In this document: positions 8,185 through 15,813 of the stretch, in pieces
Layout of the letters: each line of letters opens with the position of its first letter
Numbering within the stretch: the stretch's first letter is position 1
Source of the DNA: Clostridiales bacterium
GTDB lineage: Bacteria > Bacillota > Clostridia > Christensenellales > DUVY01
Direction: 5' to 3'
Length of the DNA: 64,000 bases
Assembly: GCA_012840805.1 (NCBI GenBank)
Contig: DUVY01000060.1
Location: 2,640-66,639, forward strand
Translations under genes and position numbers: made by a program
The notes under the pieces: model-generated
Databases searched by the model: none
The model's input: the letters and a program-made list of their open reading frames with translations, nothing else
What the model was told of the DNA's origin: nothing

Positions 8185-9891
8185 ATGATTAAAGAAGAAT
8201 TGGACAAAAAGCGCAATCTATTCTTCACGCCTTTGATAATAATCGTTTGTTTGGTTATATTAGGCTTATTGAGTTTTACAAGCTATGCCCTAATAACCCA
8301 GGGCAATTTTGGCGCGCTTTTTGGCGGGAAGGGCACGATTTCGGATAGACCCGTCCCCCCGTCCAATAGGGAAACTATTATCATCACTAAGCACAATAAG
8401 GACGATGTGGTTATCCAATCGGGCTATAATTATGTGTTTCAAGGCGAAGAAAAGTGGGGGACCGAAAAACATCCTATTGACTTGAACAGTATTAATTTGA
8501 TAAAGGGCGCGCAAGACGAGCCTTTGGACGCCTATATAGACGGAGGGAATAATTATTTTAAATACAACCTTATTTCACAAGAAGCGTCGAGCGGATTGTT
8601 GGGCGTTTTTTCAGGGGCGATAGTTGATTTTAACATTTATAAAGGAAACGGGGGCAACCATCCAAAAGCCGCGGTATTCGCCTCGGTTTTGACAAGCCAG
8701 GGCGTTATATATAATTGTTCTAATTTTCTTGATGTTTCTTCGTATGGCAAAGACGAGTTTTCTGCGGGATTTGTGGAAAATTTGGAAGGGACGATAATAA
8801 AAAGCGTCAATTACGGAGACATTACGGCAAACGGTTACGCCAGCGGTTTTGCTAATATCGTAAAAGGCAAAATTTACAATTGCAAAAATTCCGGGAAAAT
8901 AGAATCCAAAGACTCAAAAGCCGCCGGCATAGCGAATGAAGTTTTGGGCACAATCAAAAACGCCCAAAATTTAGGCAAAATAGATGCCAACAATGGCGCC
9001 GCCGGAATCGCTATAAAAGTTATAGGCGGCGAGCTTGCTGATTGTGTCAATGGCTCATCCCAGATTAATGTCCAAATCTATGCCTCCAGCGCTCAATCAG
9101 TAGGCATAGTCTATAAGGTAGAAAGCGTTGAGATTGACGGTAAAACTCAAAAAGGAATTATTTCAAAATGTGTCAATTACGCCGATATTGACGGGCACGA
9201 GGCGTTTGGCATAGCTTATAGAGTCCAAGGCGATGTGACTGATTCAAAAAATTACGGTTTAATTACCAGTTACAAATCTTGCGCGGGGATTGCCGATTAT
9301 ATAGAAGGCAATTTAAATAATACCCAGAATCACGGCGCTATTACGGGCGACAACGAAAAGGCTTCGGGACTTGTCCATAAGATTAAAGGCAATATTATAG
9401 GTTGTCAGAATAATGGCGATGTAAAGACCGCGAGCGGTCACGCGAGCGGAATCGCTTTTGAGTTTAACGGTTATATTATTAACTCCAAAAATCTTGGGCA
9501 AGTTCGCAAGACCTCTTGGGATATTAACAAATACGCCGCGGGATTAGTTTCGGTGGGTTATGGGCAGATTATAAATTGCCAAAATCAAGGGCAAATTATT
9601 ATAGACAATCTCGCCAGTTATGTAGGGGGCATCGCCGCGATTATGAGCGGCCAGATTATTAATACCCAAAGCAGCGGCAAGATTATTCAAAATAATATGT
9701 ATCAGCCAATCACGGTGGGCGGAATAGCGGCTGTATTAAACAACGAAAATTCGCCGTTGATAGAAGACTGCGTATTTTCGGGCGGATTTGATATCAAGTC
9801 CATTCAAGCCCGCAAGCACTATATAGCTTATGAGTATACGACGGGAACGATAAAAAATTGCGTAGGAATGGGAGAAGAATTTAATTTATAA
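8185..9891 (+). CDS. Membrane-anchored repeat protein with GLUG-like beta-helix repeats (about 11 units)
   Basis: N-terminal TM segment LIIIVCLVILGLLSFTSYALI. SGLLGVFSG motif, then repeated N-x-G-x-I ... AAGIA units (NYGDI, NSGKI, NLGKI, NYADI, NYGLI, NHGAI, NNGDV, NLGQV, NQGQI, SSGKI). Confidence 0.55.
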   Translation: MIKEELDKKRNLFFTPLIIIVCLVILGLLSFTSYALITQGNFGALFGGKGTISDRPVPPSNRETIIITKHNKDDVVIQSGYNYVFQGEEKWGTEKHPIDLNSINLIKGAQDEPLDAYIDGGNNYFKYNLISQEASSGLLGVFSGAIVDFNIYKGNGGNHPKAAVFASVLTSQGVIYNCSNFLDVSSYGKDEFSAGFVENLEGTIIKSVNYGDITANGYASGFANIVKGKIYNCKNSGKIESKDSKAAGIANEVLGTIKNAQNLGKIDANNGAAGIAIKVIGGELADCVNGSSQINVQIYASSAQSVGIVYKVESVEIDGKTQKGIISKCVNYADIDGHEAFGIAYRVQGDVTDSKNYGLITSYKSCAGIADYIEGNLNNTQNHGAITGDNEKASGLVHKIKGNIIGCQNNGDVKTASGHASGIAFEFNGYIINSKNLGQVRKTSWDINKYAAGLVSVGYGQIINCQNQGQIIIDNLASYVGGIAAIMSGQIINTQSSGKIIQNNMYQPITVGGIAAVLNNENSPLIEDCVFSGGFDIKSIQARKHYIAYEYTTGTIKNCVGMGEEFNL

Positions 9892-9911
9892 AACCTTGAT
9901 ATAAAAAAAAT

Positions 9912-9941
9912 AAAAACCGCATTTTTGGATGCGGTTTTTTT
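9912..9941. terminator. Bidirectional rho-independent terminator
   Basis: aaaaaccgcat / ttttgg / atgcggttttt flanked by A and T runs. It abuts the stop of the minus-strand ORF. Confidence 0.7.
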
Positions 9942-10227
9942 AATTATTACGGCAGTTCATTCCTCGCCTCGCGCAGTTAAAGTCTGCCACCCTGCCTCTG
10001 TCTTGGTCTCGGTCTCTGTCTCGATGGCAAAACGAATCGCCGCTTAGCGTAAACAATATTAACATAATCAAAATTAAGTCATTTATATTACAAAATCTAT
10101 CGTCATCGTCAAAATCATCGTCAAAATGGTCGCGATCGCGGTCTCGATCTCTATCGCAACACGCGTTTTGATTGGCTAAAAATATTATCATGAGCAACAA
10201 GATAAAGATATCTTTCGAGTCGGTCAT
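9940..10227 (-). CDS. 95-aa internally duplicated protein: two hydrophobic segments, each followed by Cys plus (Asp-Arg)n repeats
   Basis: SD AAGAGGA lies 6-7 nt before the ATG and a terminator sits at the stop. Sequence IFILLLMIIFLANQNACCDRDRDRDRDH ... LILIMLILFTLSGDSFCHRDRDRDQDRGR. Confidence 0.6.
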   Translation of the reverse strand: MTDSKDIFILLLMIIFLANQNACCDRDRDRDRDHFDDDFDDDDRFCNINDLILIMLILFTLSGDSFCHRDRDRDQDRGRVADFNCARRGMNCRNN

Positions 10228-10327
10228 ATAAAATCCTCTTTTTTTAATGATATTTTTTATATTATGTCTTTTTTAGACAAAATAAGTGTCGTAGTATTTG
10301 ATAGCGCCCGATAATTTTGAGTATATA

Positions 10328-10347
10328 ATATGTATATAAACACATAT
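10328..10347. promoter_or_regulatory. Candidate ArsR-family operator (ATATGT-N8-ACATAT inverted repeat) in the divergent intergenic region
   Basis: Inverted repeat read directly from the sequence. It lies between divergent genes 9940-10227 (-) and 10391-10717 (+). Confidence 0.3.
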
Positions 10348-10390
10348 AAAACAATATGCATTAAAATTTTTTAAAAGCGCGGGGCTTAAT

Positions 10391-10717
10391 ATGCTGATAG
10401 ACAAGCGCCTACAAAATCATATTATCAACTTTATGCCGCCCGAAAATGTTATAGAAGGGCTGGCTGATTTTTTCAGCGTGTTTGCGGATATAACAAGGAT
10501 AAAGATGATTTCGGTGCTTGCCATAGCCGAAATGTGCGTAAGCGATTTGTCCTCGCTTTTGAAGATAAACCAGACCACAATCTCGCATCAGTTAAGAAAT
10601 TTGCGAAAAAGCGGCATTGTCAGAAGCCGCCGTCAAGGCAGGGTGGTGTTTTATAGCCTTGCTAGCGACTGCGTAAATGAGGTTATGCTAAGCGGAGTAG
10701 AGCATTTGGGATATTAA
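10391..10717 (+). CDS. ArsR/SmtB-family metalloregulatory transcription repressor
   Basis: Winged-HTH signature FADITRIKMISVLAIAEMCVSDLSSLLKINQTTISHQLRNLRKSGIV. C-terminal D/C/E/H cluster (SDCVNEVMLSGVEH). Confidence 0.85.
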   Translation: MLIDKRLQNHIINFMPPENVIEGLADFFSVFADITRIKMISVLAIAEMCVSDLSSLLKINQTTISHQLRNLRKSGIVRSRRQGRVVFYSLASDCVNEVMLSGVEHLGY

Positions 10718-10847
10718 TAAATGTAAATTGCGGCGTAAGGTATTGCGCAAATGGTAAAGATATGGCGCAAAGCGTAAAAATTGAAAAATATAGATATTAA
10801 ATTTTATCTTTAGCCTCAAAATTCATTGGGCTATTTTTTATCTTGGG

Positions 10848-10876
10848 TTGTCAAGATTTGAGATGTTTTGTATAAT
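10848..10876 (+). promoter_or_regulatory. Sigma-A-type promoter (TTGTCA-17-TATAAT) ending 8 nt before the uvrC GTG
   Basis: Hexamers and spacing counted directly. Confidence 0.5.
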
Positions 10877-10884
10877 TAATTACT

Positions 10885-12690
10885 GTGAAAAATTTGGAAC
10901 AAAAACTAAAACTTCTTCCGGAAAAGCCCGGAGTTTATATAATGTATGACTCTGATATGCAGATCTTGTATATCGGCAAAGCTAAGGTTTTGAAAAATAG
11001 AGTCAGGCAATATTTTCATCAAAGCGGCAATCAGACAGAAAAAGTTATGAATATGGTCGCTAAGATTGCCGACTTCTCTTATATTATCGCCTCAAGCGAG
11101 TTGGACGCTTTGGCTTTGGAAGCTAATTTAATCAAAAAGCACAAACCGCCTTATAATATTTTATTAAAGGACGACAAGTCCCGACCTTATATACGGATAG
11201 ACACACGGCAAAAATATCCCTCATTAGAAATTACCCGAAGACTAAAACCAGACGGGGCAAAATATTTTGGACCGTATTTTGGCGTGGCTATTCGCGAGAT
11301 GGTAGAGCTTATAAGCGGCGCGTATTTGGTAAGAGCTTGCAATTACAAACGGTTTAACCGCAGTCACAGGGAATGCCTAAATTATCATATCGGGCTTTGT
11401 AGCGCGCCTTGTGTCGGGCGCGTAAGCCCCGAGGAATACCGCCGTCAAATAGACAAAGTAATAGCCTTTTTGTCGGGCAAGGACAATCATATGGAAGAGA
11501 TTTTGCGGGATAGAATGACTCAGGCGGCAAACGAGCAAAAGTTTGAGGCGGCGATATCGTATCGGGACAAGCTAGAAATGCTTGAGAGAATGAAACAGCG
11601 CATTATTACATCTTTGCCCAAAACAACCAATTTGGATATTTTCGGGTTTGCTTCCAATCCGTCTTTGAGCGTAATAAGCGCGTTAATAGTAAGAGCGGGC
11701 AAGATGTCGGGCGCGGAAAATTTTCCCGTTATTGATGTGACTTTGAGCCCTAATGAGATGCTTTCGTCGTTTTTGGTGCAATATTACAACGGCACAAGAA
11801 ACCCCGCCGAAGAGATAATCGTGCCTTGTTTGCCCGACGACCACGAGGGGCTAAAAGAATGGATTTTTTCCAAGCACAAAAAGACCGTTCAGTTTTTGGC
11901 GCCAAAACAGGGCGTTAGAAAACAGCTATTGGATAACGCTTTTATTAACGCCGATGATTATTTGAAAAATTACGCCGGACGCGAAAAAATCAAGCGGGAT
12001 ATGGCTAAGGGAGCGGTTGATAATTTGCAGCAAATCTTAGGTCTTAAGCGCAAGCCGCATATAATGGAATGCTATGATGTCAGCAACATAAGCGGAACGG
12101 ACAAAGTCGCATCTATGGTAGTGTTTGTAGGGGGCGAGCCCGACAAATCCAGATATAGACGCTTTAGGATAAAGACCGTGGAAGGCGCGGACGACTACAA
12201 ATCCATCCACGAAGTTATAACAAGGCGCCTAGAAAGACTCAAAAACAACGATGAAAGGTTTGGCGCTATGCCCGATTTGATAGTCATTGACGGGGGCAAA
12301 GGACAACTATCAGTCGCAAACGACGCTATGAAAAGGGCGGGATTTGATATTGAGTTAATCGGGCTTGCCGAAAAAGAAGAAGATATTTATTTGGTAGGGC
12401 GTTCAGAGCCGGTTAAGTTAGATAAAAGCAGCTGGGAGCTAAAGCTGCTTCAAAGAATAAGGGACGAAGCGCATAGGTTCGCGCTCGGCTACCATAAGAG
12501 TTTAAGGGAAAAACATATAGTGAGCGAGCTTGTCAATATACAAGGAATAGGCAAAAAGCTGGCGCAAAACCTATATAAGAGTTTTTTGAGTATCGAGAAC
12601 ATAAAAAAAGCCGATATACAAAGCCTAAAACAAGTAAAAGGAATTTCGGATTCCACAGCCAAGAAAATCTATGACTATTTTCATGGCTAA
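10885..12690 (+). CDS. uvrC: Excinuclease ABC subunit C
   Basis: GIY-YIG N-terminus (PGVYIMYD...ILYIGKAKVLKNRVRQYF), UvrBC-interaction region, Endo V-like domain and C-terminal (HhH)2. N-terminus is co-linear with B. subtilis UvrC. Confidence 0.9.
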   Translation: MKNLEQKLKLLPEKPGVYIMYDSDMQILYIGKAKVLKNRVRQYFHQSGNQTEKVMNMVAKIADFSYIIASSELDALALEANLIKKHKPPYNILLKDDKSRPYIRIDTRQKYPSLEITRRLKPDGAKYFGPYFGVAIREMVELISGAYLVRACNYKRFNRSHRECLNYHIGLCSAPCVGRVSPEEYRRQIDKVIAFLSGKDNHMEEILRDRMTQAANEQKFEAAISYRDKLEMLERMKQRIITSLPKTTNLDIFGFASNPSLSVISALIVRAGKMSGAENFPVIDVTLSPNEMLSSFLVQYYNGTRNPAEEIIVPCLPDDHEGLKEWIFSKHKKTVQFLAPKQGVRKQLLDNAFINADDYLKNYAGREKIKRDMAKGAVDNLQQILGLKRKPHIMECYDVSNISGTDKVASMVVFVGGEPDKSRYRRFRIKTVEGADDYKSIHEVITRRLERLKNNDERFGAMPDLIVIDGGKGQLSVANDAMKRAGFDIELIGLAEKEEDIYLVGRSEPVKLDKSSWELKLLQRIRDEAHRFALGYHKSLREKHIVSELVNIQGIGKKLAQNLYKSFLSIENIKKADIQSLKQVKGISDSTAKKIYDYFHG

Positions 12691-12722
12691 GAAAATCAGT
12701 ATATGGTATAATTAGCAATGGT

Positions 12723-13610
12723 ATGTTAAAAATTAGATATCCTGTAGTAGCGTCAGACTTTGATGGAACACTTTTAAGAAGCGATGACACAATCAGCCAA
12801 TACACTCAAGATGTAATCAAAGAATTTATCTCATTGGGTGGCTTGTTTTTGGTAGCGACGGGACGGATGCATTGCGCCATAGTAAACCGCCTAGAAGACG
12901 CGGGACTGGGCGATCTGGATACTCCTGTTATAAGCTATCAAGGCGCTTTGGTCAAAACCTCTATATCCGATAAAATTTTGTTTGATAATTCTTTGGATCT
13001 AGATGTTATTACTGATGTGATTAGCGAGGCGAGAGCGCGCGATATTTATATCCACGGATATTTAGACGATATATTGTATGTCGAAAAAGAGATGCCTTGG
13101 ACTAGAGCGTATGTCGATTTTTTGCGTATTGATTTTGAGCTGGTTGGGGATTTGTTAGAATTTTTGACTCAAAAAATAAAGGACGGCAAACATTCTTGCC
13201 ACAAGCTTTTGATGATGTTGGAAGCCGACCAATTAGAAAGCCAGATGCGTCACTTTTTGGACAAGTTTGGCGGCGGAATTGATTATAACGACCCCTCGCA
13301 TAAGTTTAAGTCCCCGCCCCGCGCGATATTTAACACCTCAAGCGAACATCTTTTGGAATGCGTTTCACTCAACGCGGGCAAGGACAAGGCGATAGAGCAA
13401 GTCATAAAATCCAAAGGCTATACGATGAAAGATGTTTTGGCGGTAGGCGACAGCCTTAATGATTTTACAATGGTAAGACGGGCGGGCATGGGCGTTGCCG
13501 TGCAAAACGCCGATCCCAGAGTCAAAACCGTGGCGAAACACATCACGACCTCAAACGATAATGACGGCGTCGCGCGCGCGATTGAGACATTGATATTAAA
13601 CGAGGCATAG
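12723..13610 (+). CDS. Cof-type HAD-IIB hydrolase
   Basis: VASDFDGTLL (DxDGT), ATGR, and GDSLNDFTMVRRAGMGVAVQNA motifs. Confidence 0.75.
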   Translation: MLKIRYPVVASDFDGTLLRSDDTISQYTQDVIKEFISLGGLFLVATGRMHCAIVNRLEDAGLGDLDTPVISYQGALVKTSISDKILFDNSLDLDVITDVISEARARDIYIHGYLDDILYVEKEMPWTRAYVDFLRIDFELVGDLLEFLTQKIKDGKHSCHKLLMMLEADQLESQMRHFLDKFGGGIDYNDPSHKFKSPPRAIFNTSSEHLLECVSLNAGKDKAIEQVIKSKGYTMKDVLAVGDSLNDFTMVRRAGMGVAVQNADPRVKTVAKHITTSNDNDGVARAIETLILNEA

Positions 13611-13613
13611 GCG

Positions 13614-14537
13614 ATGAAATATCAAAGAATAATAGAAAGAGTCAAAACAACCGAGTTTGCCAAGATTTTGGATTTGGAAATAATCTCTCTGGGCAAAGAA
13701 CACATAACTTTGAGCACGATTAATATCAACCGTCCGGGCATTCAGCTTACGGGTTATTATACGCATTTTGGCGCGGACAGGATTCAGATAATGGGCGAGA
13801 TGGAATTTGCCTATCTAAAAAGCTTGACGGACGAGCAACGCTATCAAAGTTTGGACAAATATTTTTCATATCCTTTGCCCTGTCTTATAATAAGCACCAA
13901 TCTAGAGCCTATGAGCGAAATGGTGGAGCTTGCCCAAAAACACCAGATACCGCTGTTAAGATCCGCCCAGCGCACGACATTTATATTTAACGACCTTGTC
14001 GCTTATCTTAACGAATTACTAGCGCCCACTATCACAATGCACGGCGTTTTGATGGACATGTATGGCGTCGGCGTATTGATTACCGGCAATAGCGGCATAG
14101 GAAAATCCGAAAACGCTTTGGAGCTTATCCAAAGAGGGCACAGGCTTGTGGCTGACGACGCCGTTATAATAAAGCGCGTGCATGATAGGCTGATAGGCAG
14201 CGCGCCCGAAAACATAAGATACCTAATGGAAGTAAGAGGCATAGGCATAATTGATGTGCGCAATATGTATGGCGTGGGCGCTGTCAAGCTTACCAAAGTA
14301 ATAGACATGGTCTTAGAGCTTGAACGATGGGACGATAATAAAGAATACGATAGATTAGGGATAACCCAAAACATAGAGATATTGGGTCATCATCTTCCCA
14401 AAATTTTGGTGCCTGTGCGACCTGGGCGCAACCTTGCTGTGATATTGGAAGTCGCGGCAAGAGACCATCGCCTAAAGTCAATGGGCTTTTCGGCGCTTGA
14501 CGAGCTTAACAACCGCCTTATGAAAGGCGATAACTAA
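13614..14537 (+). CDS. hprK: HPr kinase/phosphorylase
   Basis: P-loop GVLITGNSGIGKSENALELIQRGHRLVADD and the conserved LEVRGIGIIDV-type signature (MEVRGIGIIDV). Confidence 0.9.
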   Translation: MKYQRIIERVKTTEFAKILDLEIISLGKEHITLSTININRPGIQLTGYYTHFGADRIQIMGEMEFAYLKSLTDEQRYQSLDKYFSYPLPCLIISTNLEPMSEMVELAQKHQIPLLRSAQRTTFIFNDLVAYLNELLAPTITMHGVLMDMYGVGVLITGNSGIGKSENALELIQRGHRLVADDAVIIKRVHDRLIGSAPENIRYLMEVRGIGIIDVRNMYGVGAVKLTKVIDMVLELERWDDNKEYDRLGITQNIEILGHHLPKILVPVRPGRNLAVILEVAARDHRLKSMGFSALDELNNRLMKGDN

Positions 14538-14631
14538 AAAACACTCAAAATAACAATATTCGACAAACTTATCATTTTTGTTGGTCAACCATAATATTAT
14601 TATATTATTATTAATATTTGGAGGCTGACCA

Positions 14632-14925
14632 ATGTCCAATACTGTTACCGATGAAATCACCAAAGGCGATTCTACGCCTAGGGCTAGCTTTAAAACATCT
14701 TTTACAAACTTTTTATACGCCATTACCCAGGCCGCCTGCTTGAAAGTAATGGTATTAAGAATGATAACTTATATATCGCTGATAATCGGCGTTATTTTGT
14801 CCATTGTTACCAGCGCCGTTTTGGGTTCGGCTTTGGTTTTCTTTGAGGGGTTAATAACATATATTCTTATAGGAGTGGGCTTGTTCGCCCTTACCGAAAT
14901 TATTAACAGAAGAACATCTAAATAG
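14632..14925 (+). CDS. Small hypothetical membrane protein (2-3 TM segments)
   Basis: Good SD (TGGAGG 7 nt before the ATG). Hydrophobic C-terminal two-thirds. Confidence 0.5.
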   Translation: MSNTVTDEITKGDSTPRASFKTSFTNFLYAITQAACLKVMVLRMITYISLIIGVILSIVTSAVLGSALVFFEGLITYILIGVGLFALTEIINRRTSK

Positions 14926-14992
14926 CGCTTTTTGGCTAGTAAAGTAAGCTTAAAAAAATTTATGCCGATTTTTAGGCGGCTAAATTTTAACA

Positions 14993-15793
14993 TTGGGTAA
15001 AATTATGAAGAACAATTTGACATATAAAAAACCTAAGATAACTAAGATTGATTTTGAGCATAGATTAATAGAACAAGAATTTGACGGCTTTAGGATATTG
15101 CATTTGTCGGATTTGCATAATAAAGAATTTGGGCTAAATCAATCCATATTGATTGAAATATCCCAAGAAAGCAAACCCGACCTTATAGCGATAACGGGCG
15201 ATATAATCAATGGACAAAAAATTGACAAGACCTTGCTATACATAAAAGAAGCCGTCAATGTCGCGCCTGTGTTTTTTGTGAGCGGCAATCACGAATATTA
15301 CTCAAAACGTTATAATTTTATAAAAGACCAATTGGTTAACGCGGGCGCTAGGGTTTTGGATAACCGCTTAGAAGAAATAACCGTTAACAGCAAAATCTTG
15401 AGCGTGATAGGCATTAGGGATTTGGCGTTTTTCAAAAATAAAGAGGCGTTCAAAAACACCATTAACACCCTAAGCGGTCAAGCTAAGGGCTTTAGGATAA
15501 TGCTAACGCACAAACCGCATTTAATTGACGCTTATCAAAACAGCGGCGCGGATTTGATTTTGAGCGGGCACGCGCACGGCGGTCAAGTAAGGCTGCCGCT
15601 TATAGGCGGGCTGTATGCGCCCGGTCAGGGCGTTTTTCCTCGTTATACTTCGGGGTTGTATCGGCTAAAAAACGGCGTGTCAATGATAGTCAATCGGGGT
15701 CTTGGCGACAGCAAATTCCCTTGGCGGATAAACAACCCGGCCCATTTGATTTTGATAACCTTAAAGCCCAAAAAAAATAATAAAAGCGGCTGA
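14993..15793 (+). CDS. Calcineurin-like metallophosphoesterase (YkuE/YaeI-like); the start may be the ATG at 15005
   Basis: ILHLSDLH, ITGDI, VSGNHE, and SGHAHGGQ motifs. Confidence 0.75.
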   Translation: MGKIMKNNLTYKKPKITKIDFEHRLIEQEFDGFRILHLSDLHNKEFGLNQSILIEISQESKPDLIAITGDIINGQKIDKTLLYIKEAVNVAPVFFVSGNHEYYSKRYNFIKDQLVNAGARVLDNRLEEITVNSKILSVIGIRDLAFFKNKEAFKNTINTLSGQAKGFRIMLTHKPHLIDAYQNSGADLILSGHAHGGQVRLPLIGGLYAPGQGVFPRYTSGLYRLKNGVSMIVNRGLGDSKFPWRINNPAHLILITLKPKKNNKSG

Positions 15794-15810
15794 TATTCAA
15801 GCCGCTTTTT
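15783..15810. terminator. Bidirectional terminator between the metallophosphoesterase gene and leuS
   Basis: aaagcggc / tgatattcaa / gccgcttttt. Confidence 0.65.
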
Positions 15811-15813
15811 GTC

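Noticed and set aside
6952-9941. Integrated mobile element at tRNA-Arg(CCG)
   Set aside because: I found no integrase, recombinase or phage genes, and no duplicated tRNA 3' segment downstream. It is kept only as a possible accessory islet in the findings.
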